Below are positions 38,690 through 53,159 of a stretch of 64,000 nucleotides of DNA, piece after piece. How positions within the stretch are numbered: the stretch's first letter is position 1; every line of letters starts with the position of its first letter. The stretch comes from Octopus sinensis (Eukaryota), in the NCBI RefSeq assembly GCF_006345805.1, contig NC_043023.1, positions 5,208,001 through 5,272,000 of the forward strand, written 5' to 3'. The notes under the pieces are model-generated. The model was not told the origin of the DNA. It saw nothing but the letters and a program-made list of their open reading frames with translations, and ran no database searches. The translations under genes were made by a program, and so were the position numbers.

Positions 38690-39970
38690 GTAGATCCAGG
38701 AAGACATGGGTCAAGGTGCTGAAGCATGAGCTTCGAACTTTGGGCCTCACAGAGGCAATGATTAATAACCAAAGCCTTTGGCGATATGCTGTGCTTGAGA
38801 GGACCCATCAAGCCAAGTGAAATCGTAGTCATGGCTGATGCTAGAATCACATATCTGGTATTCATGCTGGTGGCATGTAAAAAGCATCTTTTGAGTGTTG
38901 GGCTTCACGGAGGCAAAGCGGCTGTTGCCAATGGCATGTAAAAAGCTCCTTTCTAGTGTTGGGCTTCATGAAGACCTTTTGCATTATGTCATGCTTGAGA
39001 AGAAAACCCATCAAGCCAAGTAAAATTGCAGTTGTGGCAGATACTGATGTTACACAAATGGCACCTATGGTGGTGGCATATAAAAGCATCCATTACACTC
39101 TCGGAGTGGTTGGCATTAGGAAGGGTCTCCAGCCATAGAAACCATGCCAAATCAGACTGGAGTCAGGTGCAGCCTTCTAGTTTGCCAGTACTGGTCGAAG
39201 TGTCCAACCCATGCCAGCATAGACAAAAGACGTTAAATGATGATGATGATATATAAAACACACACACAGTGTCAACGATGTGCAATGTCAGTGTGCATAC
39301 ACGACACAGTGTAAGCACCCTGAGAGATAAGTTGGACATAAGAAGCATCAAATGTAGTGTACAAGAGAGACGACTGTGCTAGTATGGTCATGTGTTACAT
39401 ACGGATGAGGACAACTGTGTGAGGAAGTGTCACTGTAGAAGGAACCTGTGGAGAAGGTAGACACAGGAAGACATGGGATAAGATGGTGAAGCATGGCCTC
39501 TGAACACTGGACCTCACTGAGGAAATGACAAGAGACGAAGACCTTTGGAAATGTGCTGTGATAGAGAAGACCCAGAAACTAATATGAGATCACAGCCATG
39601 GCCAATGCCAGTGTTGCATGTCCGGCCCATTTAAGAGTACCCTTGATGCACTGGGCAATATGATATGCTTGAGAAGACCTGTTGAGTTAAGTAAAAGCAA
39701 AATCACAGCTGTGGTCAGGACCACCTGACTGTCTCTCGTGCTGATGGCATGTTAAAAGCACTATCCAAATGTGATCAATGCCAGGCTGGTGGCATGTAAA
39801 AAGTACCTACTACATTCTCAGAGTGGTTGGCATTAGGAAGGGCATCCAGCTGTAGAAACACTGCCAGATCAGATTGGAGCCTGGTGCAGCCTCCTGGCTC
39901 TCCAGACGTCAGTCAAACCGTCCAACCCATACCAGCATGGAAAACGGACGTTAAACGATGATGATGATGA
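38690..39970 (+). mobile_element. RTE LINE 3' fragments (end of ORF2 + 3' UTR, (GAT)n tails)
   Basis: ggaacctgtggagaaggtagacacaggaagacatggga (RGRPRKTW-like), UTRs ending aacgatgatgatg. Confidence 0.8.
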
Positions 39971-40299
39971 TATGTGTATGTGTGTGTGTATGGTATAAAG
40001 ATACACACAAACACACATATATTAGGTAAATACTAACGTATTTGTGTGCACACAGGTATATACAGACAGATATATACACAAAATAGATAGGTAGATAGAA
40101 TGTTAAATTACAGATTCCCCCTCTAACCTAAATACCAAGTTATTGTTGTTGTTGTTATTATTATTATTATTATTATTATTTACCATGTGGAACTTTGCCA
40201 AGGATTGAATTACTATCTGATAACATGGCTGTTTTGTAAGGAGTAGTGGTGGCAGTATAGTGGTTGCGATGGCAGCATAATAGTGGTAATGCGGTATAG

Positions 40300-40790
40300 C
40301 AATGATTAAAGATGTTCCAGCTGTGACCATCTCATCCTATATTCAGACATACTGCCTCTAGAACTACATTATCCAATGTACAGCATAGTAGTTAGTATTA
40401 CTGGTTGTAGTAGCTGTTGTTTAACCCCAGGTCAGTCCTGATCCAGCAGACCTATGATTAAATATTTTCCAACTGTGACCATTCCACCTTGTATTCAGAC
40501 GTGTATTTGGGATTACATTACCTAATATATAGTATAGTACTTAGTATTAGTGGATATTCTTGATGTTGCTGTTTAGCCCCGGGTCAGTACTCATCCAACA
40601 GACTTATGATCAAAGATGTTCCAGCTGTGACCATCCCATCTCTTATTCAAACATAGTATATCTAGTACTACATTGCCTAATGTATAGTAATATCAGTGGT
40701 TATAGTTCCTGTTGTTGTTGTTAAACCCCAGGTCAGTCCGGATCTAGAAGATTTATGATCAAAGATGTTCCAGCTGTGACCAGCCCGTCT
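40300..40790. repeat. ~4 tandem diverged copies of a 120-160 bp repeat module
   Basis: Recurrent ccaggtcagtcctgatccagcagacctatgat(t/c)aaagatgttccagctgtgacc. Confidence 0.75.
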
Positions 40791-40794
40791 TCTA

Positions 40795-41200
40795 TCCTGA
40801 GTTCAAATTCTGCTGAGGTCAACTTTGCTTGTCATTCTTTGAGGGTCGATAAAATGAGTACCAGTCAAGCACTGGGGACAATGTAATTGACTAACCCCAC
40901 TCCCCCAAAATTTCAGGCCTTGTGCCTATAATAGAAAGGAACATTATTATTTACATGACTGAAGGTGGCAAGATGGCAGAATTGTTAGCATGCTAGGCAA
41001 AATGCTTAGTGGCATTTTATCAATCCTTACATTCAGAGTTCAAATTCCACCAGGATCAACTTTGCTTTTCCTCCTTTCAGGGTTGATAAAATAATTACCA
41101 GTTAAGCGCTGGGGCTGATGTAATTCACTTATCTCCTCTCCTACACTTTCTAGCCGTGTGCCAAAATATGAAACCATTATTATTATTATTATTATTATTA

Positions 41201-41240
<40 letters not shown>

Positions 41241-41800
41241 GGCAGCAAGATGGCAGAATTGTTAGCACGCCAGACAAAATGATGCTTAGTGGCATTTTGG
41301 CTGTCTTTATTCTCTGAGTTCAAATTCCACTGAAGTCAAATTTGCCTTTCATCCTTTCGGGGTTGATGAATTAAGTACCAGTTACATACTGGGGTCGATG
41401 TAAGTGACATGTCCTCTCCTTACAAATTTCAGGCTTTGTATCTTTAGCTGACAGGATTATCATTATTATTGTTATTATTAAGATGGCAATCTGCCCAGAA
41501 TTGTAGGATGCAAGCAAAATGCTTAGTAGTATTTCATGTCTTTACATTCTCAGTTCAAATTCTGGTGTGGCCAGCTTTGCCTTTCATCCTTTTCAGCTCA
41601 ATAAAATAAGTACCAGCTGAGCACTGGGGTCACCGTCATCAACTTATTCTCTCCCCAAAATTGCTGGCCTTGTGCCAAAATTTGAAACCATTATCATTAT
41701 TATTATTATTATTATTATTATTAAATTTATGTACCAGGGAAACATTGGGGTCGATGTAATCACCCGGTCCCCTCCAAAATTTCAGGCCTTGCACCTTTAG
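40795..41800 (+). mobile_element. Cluster of ~5 SINE family B-like copies separated by (ATT)n tails
   Basis: Repeated ggca(a/g)gatggcagaattgttagca...gagttcaaattc...tttgcctttcatcctttc heads. Confidence 0.8.
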
Positions 41801-41857
41801 TAGAAAGGATTATTATTATTATTATTATTATCATTTTAATCATTAAGCTGGTGAGCT

Positions 41858-41905
<48 letters not shown>

Positions 41906-42529
41906 CAGCAGCAGCAGCAGTTGTAGTAGTAAAATTGTCATTAATTTTGTGTGGGGGTGTGTTTTTTTTCCGCACAGTGACCCCCACCCCCTCATGTTAT
42001 GCAAACCATCTTTGTAACGCCTGCCTCATTTGTCACTCTTCTGGCAAATAAACTATTATTATTATTATTATGTTACATGATATAGGATGAGGACGGAGAT
42101 GAAGAGTGTCAGCAAACACGCACACGTGCACACACACGCACCCACACCCCCCCCCCACACACACACAGCAAGCAGATGCTTAATAGATACAGTGGTAATA
42201 TGTAGTTGTCATTGTTACATGAGCAGTGTGTGTGTGTGTGTGTGTGTGTGGTATTATCTCATCATTTGTATGAATGTGTGAGTGAAGCTGATGAAGGTGA
42301 GAATATGAGTGTGAGGTTAAGTGGAAGAGAGTGTGAGTGAAAGTGAGTGAAACAGTGAGAGAGTTTACGTGTGTGTGTGTGTGTGTGTGTGTGTGCATGC
42401 AATATAGGCACTGATAAATATTTTATGTTAACTACTATATCCAGCAATAAATGATGGGATGGTCATATCAGGAACATCTTTAATCAAAGGTTAGCTGGAT
42501 CAGAGTTTACTTGGGGATAACCAGTTACA

Positions 42530-42935
42530 CTTTTACTCTTTTACTTGTTTCAGTCATTTGACTGTGGCCATGCTGGAGCACCGCTTTAAGTTGAACAAAT
42601 CGATCCCAGGACTTATTCTTTGTAAGCCTAGTAGTTATTCTATCGGTCTCTTTTGCCGAACCACTAAGTTATGGGGATGCAAACACACCAGCATTGGTTG
42701 TCAAGCAATGTTGGGGAGACAAACACAGACACACAACAACACACGCACATATATATGCATATACATATATACGACAGGCTTCTTTCAGTTTCTGTTTACT
42801 AAATCCACTCACAAGGCTTTGGTCGGCTGGAGGCTATAGTAGAAGACACTTGCCCAAGGTGTCACACAATGGGACTGAACCCGGAACCATGTCATTGGTA
42901 AGCAAGCTACTTACCACACAGCCACTCCTGCACCT
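42530..42935 (-). mobile_element. SINE family A, near full length
   Basis: Reverse complement of the 13645 copy. Confidence 0.9.
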
Positions 42936-42985
42936 GAGTATGTATGTGCATATATGTGTGTAAACATATGTGTATATATATATGT

Positions 42986-43193
42986 ATCACTTTGATCACT
43001 TTGACCGACCAGTCTGTCAGGCGTCCATTTGACACCGCTGATCACAGCACGCTGTTCACTCCTCTCTGGATCGCGCCTTTCTCATCCACGTGATCCCAAT
43101 CGTCCTCCTGAAATCGTTACTCCACCGTCGTGGAGGTCTTCCGGGTGGTCTTTTCCGCTCACGCAGGTACCACTCGACAACTGCGTGCGTCCA
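42986..43193 (-). mobile_element. RTE LINE extreme 3' end (second RTE family)
   Basis: WTHAVVEWYLRERKRPPGRPPRRWSNDFRRTIGITWMRKARSREE; tail ggtcaaagtgatcaaagtgat. Confidence 0.85.
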
Positions 43194-43599
43194 TATATAT
43201 ACATATATATCTCTCTACCACAAAGAGAGATATATATGTATATATATGTTATATATAACTCAAATACTCATGGAAGCATATAGCTTAGTGGTTAAAGTTA
43301 GATCGTAAGATTGTGGTTTCAATTCCTGTACCAAAAAGTGCATTATGTTTCTGAGCAAAACTCTTAATTTTATGTTACTCCAGTTCACTCAGCTGGTAAA
43401 AATGAGTAACGCTGCGATGGATCAGTGTCCCATCCAGGGAGGAGTATATATGACAGAGAAACCAAGAAACTGTAGAGATGCTCTTTATGGAGTAATGCAG
43501 ACTAACCATACATACCCAACAATATAAGATGGAATGGTCATGGCAGGATCATCTTTAATCAGAGGCTAGATAGACCAGAATTTACCTGGTACTAAATAG

Positions 43600-43995
43600 A
43601 AACATTAGCACACCAGGCAAAATGCTTAGCAGTATTTCGTCTGCTGCTACGTTCTGAGTTCAAATTCCGCCGAGGTCAAATTTGCCTTTCATCCTTTCGG
43701 GGTTGATTAAATAAGTGCTAGTTACGCACTGGGGTCGATATAATCGACTTAATCCATTTGTCTGTCCTTGTTTGTCCCCTCTGTGTTTAGCCCCTTGTGG
43801 GTAGTAAAGAAATAGGTATTTCATCTTTTGCTATGTTCTGAGTTCAAATTCCACCGAGGTCGACTTTGCCTTTCATCCTTTCGGGGTCGATTAAATAAGT
43901 ACCAGTTACGCACTGGGGTCAATATAATTGACTTAATTCGTTTGTTTGTCCTTGTTTGTCCCTTCAGTGTGTAGCCCCTTGTGGGCAGTAAAATA
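43600..43995 (+). mobile_element. Two tandem SINE family B copies
   Basis: Two ttctgagttcaaattcc.ccgaggtc...gggcagtaaaata bodies. Confidence 0.85.
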
Positions 43996-45428
43996 AACTT
44001 TAAAACTAAGTAATTATATAAAACTCATGCACACACACATACACATACACCTATGCATTGCTTAAACATAATGTTTTTGATCATCATCATCATTTAACAT
44101 CCACTTTTCCATCTTTGCATGGATCGGACAAAATTTTCAGAGGCACATTTTCTATGGCTGGGATCCCTTCCTGTTGCCAACCCTCACCTGTTTCCAAACA
44201 AGGTAATATTTTCTCATAACGAGACATGATTCCAAAGAAAATTAGAAACAAAAAATGCTACTTCGATGACAGTCACACCTGTTTCTAATTAGCATAATGA
44301 GACAAGGAGACACACAGACACACCACATATTTCTTACTTGTTTCAATCATTAGACTGTAGTCATGCTACAGCACAAACTTGAACAGATTATAGTCAGATG
44401 TATCAATTCCAGTATTTTATTTTAACACTGGAAATTATTCTATCAATCTCTTGCTGAATTGCCAAGTTATAGGGATGTAAACAAACAAACATCGGCTGTC
44501 TGGCAGTGGCAGGGGACAAACACACACACACACACACATACATACATCACCTGAAGAAATGAATCCATGAAGATGATCTACCTGATACCCATGGATACTA
44601 TGGACTACACAGTAATCATCCCAGGAATACGGACTGTAATCTTAAGAGACATGTGATTTGTGGAAATGCGTGTAGTGATGTGATAAATGTTTATAAATTC
44701 CATTCAAGGATTATAGTAATTATTACTATATGTATTTATGTATATTTATGTATATGTATGCATATGTATATATATTTGTATAAGTATGTAAATGTGTGTG
44801 TATTTATATTTATAACTTAACCTTATGTACTTTCTAAAATCTCTGACAAAGCCCAGAGAAACACCCAGGTACCTCAATTTCATCTACTAATTACTTCAGT
44901 CTACTGGAGGGATAAAGGTAGAATGAGGTATTTTTACCTCTTGGCTGAAACAGCTGTAACATATTTTCCCAATTTCTATTCCTGTATGTTATATGCTTTA
45001 ATAATTACTGGTATCTTTATATATTATATATGTAAAGCATAATATGTTATATGTGTATGTATATTGTTGTAATTGTCATTTTAGTAAATAAATAAATAAA
45101 TTGACATAATATAATGTCTAAAAGTTGATGAACCACCTATTGATCCCCTCCATTTTCTTATTGGTCTATATGTGTGTGTATATATATATATATATATATA
45201 CACATATATATATATACATCTATACATGACGGGCTTCTATTCAGTTTGCATCAACCGAATCCACCCAGAAGACTTGTTGACCCGAGGTTACAATAGAAGA
45301 CACTTGCCTAAGGTGCCACACAGTGAGACTGAACCCAGTAGCATGTAGTTGGGAAGCTAAACTTCTTACCACACAGCCACATCTGTGCCTGTATATGTTT
45401 ACAAACACATACAAATATCAATCTCTCC

Positions 45429-45474
<46 letters not shown>

Positions 45475-45718
45475 CATCATCATCATCATCATCATTTAGC
45501 GTCCGTTTTCCATGCTAGCATGGGTTGGACGGTTCAACTGGGGTCTGTGAAGCTGGAAGGCTTCATCAGGCCCAGTCAGATCTGGCAGTGTTTCTACGGC
45601 TGGACACTGCCAGATCTGATTGGGCCTGATGATTCCTTCCAGCTTCACAGACCCCAGTTGAACCGTCCAACCCATGCTAGCATGGAAAACGGACGCTAAA
45701 TGATGATGATGATGATGA

Positions 45719-45720
<2 letters not shown>
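45475..45720. repeat. Near-perfect palindrome made of an RTE 3' end
   Basis: 45475-45591 and 45604-45720 are reverse complements; 12-nt loop. Confidence 0.95.
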
Positions 45721-45807
<87 letters not shown>

Positions 45808-45865
45808 ATATATATATATATATATAGATATATATATATATATAAAGATATATATATATATATAA

Positions 45866-45915
<50 letters not shown>

Positions 45916-46897
45916 TTACTGGTTTCAACCATGGAATTTTAATAAGTAGAAGCAGTGTCCCACCATCACTATACTGATACATGTAATATTCAGGTAAAAA
46001 TAGCAGCATGGTGGTATCTCGTAGATACCCTAAGTTATAATTTTAATAATAATTATTACCTTTGAAGGTTTTTATTCCTATGCTGGCCACTTGATAATAT
46101 CATTATTTAATTTAAGTTAACGATCTTATCCTTAGATATATATATATATGTATATATATTTAAAGAGAAAGAGAGAGAGAGATAGAGTGTGAGAGAGGCA
46201 ACCACCTACGGGCAATTAAGGATATGCTGTACAATTGAACCAAGCAAGACTGAGTTTATTGAATAAGACAGTTTTTGGAAAGTCACCTAACGAGATACAT
46301 CTGTAGAGAAGGACGCATCATAACCAATTGTATTGAATCTCACCCACAAGGGATCGATGCAAGATGGGTTAAAATGATCATTGTGATTAATAAAGAATCT
46401 TGTGGGTTCTATTTTCTATTTCATTTGTTTATATGTATATAGGGTGTGTGCATGTGTGTGTATGTGTGTATATCTGTACATACACATACACACACACATA
46501 CACACACACACAAACAGATGACTCGCATATCATATATTGGTAGATATGGATATGGAGGTAGCAGGGATCAAGTTACCTACCATAGTGAGAAAAGAGAGGA
46601 GAAGAGATGCTGGGTGCCATCACGAAAGCCGCTGCAAGCGAGGCTATGAGTCTACATAGCACCAGATCGGAATTAGATAGCAAAAAACAAAACAAAAAAA
46701 CAACAAAAAAAAAACAACAAAATTGAAAAAGAAATAATGATAATAATAATACTAAAAGATAGTACTACTGTCTTCATCTACTATTTACCATTCTACCATG
46801 TGAAGAATGTGGAATCACATTCACAGATAGCAGCCAGATAAATTGGGATAAAATTTCTTCGTAGTTCTAAGAACTCGTGTTCCTGTGCTCCTGTCTG

Positions 46898-46945
<48 letters not shown>

Positions 46946-49032
46946 AGAGGAATTGTTATTTTTGTTGTTGTTATTATCATTATTATTAAGGTGGTGAGCT
47001 GGTAGAATCGTTAGCATGTCGGGCGAAATACTTGGTGGTATTTTGTCTGCTACTACATTCTGCGTTCAAATGCTGCCAAGACTGACTTTGCCTTTCAACC
47101 CTTTGGGGTCAATAAATTAAGCACCAGGGAAACACTGGGTTTGATGTAATTAACTTGTCCCCTCCCCCACAGTCCATATCAGTCTAGCCTCTGCTATCCT
47201 TAAACCAAAGACCTAGTCCTAATGCTTACAACAGAGTGGATTCCACTGGATGCACCCAAGGGTGATGCTGTGGTGTTAAACAAGGAGAAGCATTAAGGAT
47301 ACCAGAGGCTAGACTGATATGGACTGTGGGAGAGGGGACGAGTTGATTACATCAAACCCAGTGTTTCACTGGTGCTTTATAAGACCTACTTACACAGTGA
47401 AGCCCTTCACTCCCAGTGGGACGTAGGCTATCATAACTCTCCTCACTGTTCTTCACTCTGGATTTTCTTTTCCTCTTCCAGGTCATGTTGGAATTATCAT
47501 TGGTGCTTTATTCTTTTACTTGTTTCAGTCATTTGACTGCGACCATGCTGGAGCACTGCTTTGAAAGGTTTTAGTCGAACCGATGCTGGTGTGTTTACGT
47601 CCCCGTAACTTAGCGGTTCGGCAAAATAGACTGATAGAATAAGTACTAGGCTTACAAAGAATAAGTCCTGGGGTCAATTTGCTTGACTAAAGGCAGTGCT
47701 CCAGCGTGGCCACAGTCAAATAACTGAAACAAGTAAAAGAGTAGAGTAAAGAGTATTCCATTCCATTTTCTGCTGCCACTAAACCAACTTAGTGCCTATC
47801 TATCTCAGTAATGTACTTCTGGTCAGTATTTCCAAAGAGTTGACAATAATGCCTCATGGCAATATCAATGTGAAACTGATGGTAATATTCTGACAAGTTG
47901 TATAACATAACTAGTAATATAATACTTGATAATATTAAAATATATAAGGCTATTGCTTTATAAGATTTGTTCAGAGTTGCCTCTCTTAGATACTTCCTAT
48001 TGATAAAAGCCAAAAAACCGGAAACATTGATGTCTGGGAATCCTGATAGTTGGCAAAACTAAATGAATAGGGTGTTTTCACACCTTTTACCATAAGAGAA
48101 ATATTTTCTCTTCAGTATCTGCAGTGTTTTTGCCTTTTAGAAGCTGAAATATGCCACAAACATATTTTAACTAACTTAAATTTTGCATAAAATATGTGTG
48201 TGTGTGTGTGCGTGTATGTGTGAGTAACAAAACAAGAAAATGGAAATTTTTCGACATTATTTATTCTCCATTACACATGTTCCATTTTCTAGTAGGAATT
48301 ACAAAGATTTACACGTTATATAGACATGTAAGGAATTTGCTACTAGAGAAATTGTCACACAGAGAAAAAATTGCTTTATAATACAAAATCGCATTTCCAT
48401 GAAGAATTTATATTTGGATATTAATCAGAAGCAGCACAAAGAGTCCTAGTGAAGGAAAGAAACAGACATACACACATACACATGCATACATATACACACA
48501 TATATATATCCATACATAAAAGGATACACATACACAAATACACACATAGACATGTGTATGTATTCATATATATATATACACATATGTATATACACATGTA
48601 TACATATATATACATATATATATAGTTGGAATTTATAAAAAAAGCAAAGAAAACAAAAGACGAAGACAGGTGTGGAAACAACAAACAGATTTATTAGTTT
48701 AATGCTCAGGAAGTGAGAAAGTCTTTTATGTTTTGAGCGTACACTCTTCAAGAGAAAGGAACACAGAAATAAACAGAAAGGGAAAATAAAAATGGAGAGA
48801 GAAAATAAAACAAGGGAGAAAAAATTAAAAGAAAGGTTTGGTGGCTAGTGATCAATCATGGTGTATATATATATATATATATATATATCCACATACACAT
48901 ATATATTTACATATATACAGATATGTATACATTTAGACATATACACACACATTCATACCGATATTTAACTTTCTATCCATATATACAATATATATATAAT
49001 ATATATATATATACACACATATATATACATAT

Positions 49033-49063
<31 letters not shown>

Positions 49064-49109
49064 ATATATATATATATATATAATATATATATATTATATA
49101 TATATATAT

Positions 49110-49290
49110 ATGATGGCTGCCAACTCACTTTTGAGAAGAACCATTGCTTGATTTCTTTATTTCTTAGAATATCATCCATGAGCTGCGCAAATATGGCTTT
49201 TGAGGCCTGCCAAAGATTTACATGTTTTTTGACAATTAGTGCAAGCAAACTTGGTGATTGTATAGTTTACAGTTCCATCAACTTTACTAT
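49110..49290 (-). mobile_element. LINE C-terminal C2H2 finger + short 3' end in (TA)n
   Basis: KFACTNCQKTCKSLAGLKSHICAAHG; ends ggcagccatcatatata. Confidence 0.7.
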
Positions 49291-49386
49291 GCCTTTTCAT
49301 ATATATATACATATATATAATATACATATATATATATACATATATATGCATACATATATATACATACACATATATACATATATATA

Positions 49387-49421
<35 letters not shown>

Positions 49422-49439
49422 CTTATACATATATATACA

Positions 49440-51700
49440 GGGGGCGGTCCGGCATCGGCCACGATCGGTTGGAACTTTTAACGTGCCAGCGGCACGGAAG
49501 CCAGCGGCACGGAAGCCAGCGGCATGGAAGCCAGCGGCACGGAAGCCAGCGGCACGGAAGCCAGCCAAAGCACGCTGGCAACGTTCGGATGGTGCTTTTT
49601 ATGTGCCACCGGCACAGAAGCCAGTCAGAGCGGCGCTGGCATCGGCCACGTTCGGATGGTGCTTTTTATGTGCCACCGGCATAGAAGCCAGTCGGAGCGG
49701 CGCTGGCATCGGCCACGTTCGGATGGTGCTTTTTATGTGCCACCGGCACAGAAGCCAGTTGGGGCGGCGCTGGCATCGGCCACATTCGGATAGTGCTTTT
49801 TATGTGCCACCGGCACAGGCATCACAACTATTATTTCCATTGATATTTATTTCGACGTTCATGTTCATGTACTTGACTCAACAGGTCTCCTCAAGCACAG
49901 CGGGATGTTCTGGGATCCAGGGTACTTTGAATGGGCAGGGGCTATGCGGAACTGATGCAGGAAGCAGCCTGGGTCTTTGCAGTCACAGCATATCTCCAGA
50001 GATCTCGGTCCTTCGCCATTGCCTCAGTGAGGCCAACGCTCTGAGGTCATGCTTGACTACCTCATCCCATGTCTTCCTGGGTCTACCTCTCCCCCTGATA
50101 CCTTCAACTGTTTGGGAGTGCACTTCTTCACACATCTCTCCTCATCCATCTGCAGTACATCGCAAGTGTCGCTCTTGCACTCCACATCTGATGCTTCTTA
50201 TATCCAGCATTTCTCTTAGGATGCTTACACTCTGTCGTGTGTGCACACTAACATTACACATCCAGCGGATCATGCTAGCTTCATTTCTTTCAAGTCTACG
50301 CATGTCCTCTGCAGTCACAGCCCATGTTTCACTACCGTGAAGCATGGCAGTTCGCACACATGCATCATACAATCTATGAGCGAGAGACCCTTTGTCGCCA
50401 GTAGGGGTAAGAGCTTTCTGAACTTTGCCCAGGCTATTCATATTCTAGTGGTGATACTCTCTGTGCATCCACCTCCACTACTAACCTGGTCACCCAGGTA
50501 GCGGAAAATATCAACTACTCCTAGTTTCTCCCCCTGGAGTGTGATGGAATCTGTTTTCTGAGTGTCTGTGGTGTCTATTGTCCCTGTGCATCTGCCGCAC
50601 ATGAAAGCTATCTTATCAGTTAATTTCCCTTTAATGTTGCTGCACCTCTTATGCGTCCATAGCTTACATTGGGTGCATCTTATGGAGTTTCTACCTACAC
50701 CTTTCCTACAGATCGAGCAGGGCCACCTGCCCAAGGGGGTGTGTGCTGAGTTCGCCTTTCTGCTTACTATAACTTTGGTCTTTGCTACATTTACTCTAAG
50801 GCCCTTTGATTCTAACCCTTGCTTCCACACCCGAAATTTCTTTTCTAGTTCCGGTAGTGATTCTGCTATGAGAGCCAGGTCATCAGCATAGAGGAGCTCC
50901 CAGGGGCATCCTGTTTTGAATTCCTCTGTTATTGCCTGGAGGACTATGATGAATAAAAGGGGACTGAGGGCTGAGCTGTGGTGTACACCTACTTCTACCC
51001 GGAATTCTTCACTATATTCGTTGCCAATCCCAACCTTGCTGACAGCCTCTCTGTATAGAGCCTGTACAGCCCTTATTAGCCATTCATCAATCTCCAGTTT
51101 CCGCATCGACCACCAGATAAGGGATCAGGGAACCCTGTCAAAGGCTTTCTCCTAGTCCACAAAAGCTATGTAGAGGGGTTTATCTTTAGCTATGTACTTC
51201 TCCTGCAGTTGTCGGACCAGGAATATAGCATCAGTGGTGCTTCTACCCGGCACAAAACCGAACTGCATCTCATCTAAGCAAATTCTCTCCCTAATGAGAT
51301 GGGTTATGACCCTCTCTGTGACCTTCATCACCTGATCCAACAGTTTAATACCCCTGTAGTTATTTCTATCTAGAGCATCACCCTTACCCTTGTAGCAGTT
51401 GACTATGGTGCTGCTACGCCAGTCATTGGGTATGATTCAATTATGAACTACCTGGTTTACAATGTAGGTGACTATTCGGGTAGCTGGTCCCTCTACTGGG
51501 TCAACATTTGGCAGGCTCTCCTCCTCCCATTCATTCTCCTCATTCAGCAGTCTTTCATAATGGCTTCTCCAAGCCTCTTTCTTTTCACCAACAGTAAAAG
51601 CAAGTGCCCCATCATCCATGCGGACACATTTCTCTCCTGTAACATCACTATTTTCTCTCACACCCTGTCTGGCAATCCGAAATACTGTATACATATATTA
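49440..51700 (-). mobile_element. RTE-clade LINE, 5'-truncated, degenerate RT ORF and tandem-repeat-containing 3' UTR
   Basis: NYRGIKLLDQVMKVTERV, QFGFVPGRSTTDAIF, GVHHSSALSPLLF, LLYADDLAL, LYDACVRTAMLHGSETWA; 15-nt and 67-nt tandem repeats at 49485-49820. Confidence 0.95.
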
Positions 51701-51945
51701 TGGCTGCCACCTTGTTATCGAGTATGGCCATTGCACGAAGCTTAACTGTTACTGGTGCTGTGATCGAATGTGACTTTTTAGCCCAGCTAAAGATCTACAA
51801 TGTCTTGTACAGAATTGGCAACTAAAACCTTTACTGGTAATAGCCGGCTGTAGTTGTAACTGGGCTTCATGTACCTTTGCATGTCATTTAAGTCCTCCTG
51901 CCGAATTACACTCTCTTCCACATGCCTGACAGATTTGATTAGTAT
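51700..51945 (-). mobile_element. LINE C-terminus with two C2H2 fingers + short 3' end
   Basis: CQACGRECNSAGGLK*HAKVH...FSCQFCTRHCRSLAGLKSHIRSQH; ends ggcagccataatatatg, same as 49110 element. Confidence 0.7.
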
Positions 51946-52034
51946 GGTGTGTTACTTATACCTCTTTATATACATATATATATACATGTATATACACACA
52001 AATACATATATATGCATGTATATACAAATATGTA

Positions 52035-52130
<96 letters not shown>

Positions 52131-53159
52131 CATACTTATATATATGTATATACATACATACATATATATATATACATATATGTATATACATACATACATA
52201 TATATATATACGTACATATATATATATATACATACATCCATACATACACACACATATATATATATACATATACACATATACACATATATTTATATACATA
52301 TACATATATATATATATATACAGCGGGAAGCTTTATGAAAATAAACAAAAGACGAAGGCAGGTGGAGTACAAACAATTGTATTAGTATGGTGCTCATATA
52401 CATATATATACATATCATATACACATAAATATTTATATGTAATGCATACATATATATGTATACATACATATATATATACATATATATAGACACATATATA
52501 CATATATATAGACACATATACACATACATATATACACACACACAGACATATACACATTCACACATATACACACACACACACATATATATGCAAACACATA
52601 TATACACACATACATATACCCACACATACACACATTTATATATATATCCACACATATATACCACACAGACATATACACATTCACACATATATATACGCAC
52701 ACACACATATATACACACATACATATACACACAAACATATATACACATGCACACTCATACATGTACACACCCGCAAACATATATACACACTCATACATTA
52801 CTCAATAAACAATAAAGTAATTGCAGAAATAATTAGTTTCATATACACATCCATCAAGTTTGTTATTTTTAGGGAAATAGTATGCAGTAATTAAAAACGC
52901 CATCCTAATTATTTCTATCAGCCTAATACTGTGGCAATGTGCTCTTTTAGTTTCATACTCTGAAAAAACACAGGAAGTAACAGTTGTTCCATCCTACACA
53001 CAGTGTGGCATAAAAGTAGATGATCCAAAGATAGCTGGATCACAACAAATTACTAAGGATCTACACGTGATGTGAATATATATGCACATGTATGTGTGTG
53101 TGTGTGTGTGTGTGTGCATGAATATATATATACTGGGTTTGTTATTTTTAGGGAAATCA

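Noticed and set aside
44894-44981. Exon candidate starting GIE, like a later MEI1 exon
   Set aside because: Similarity limited to three residues; no pyrimidine tract
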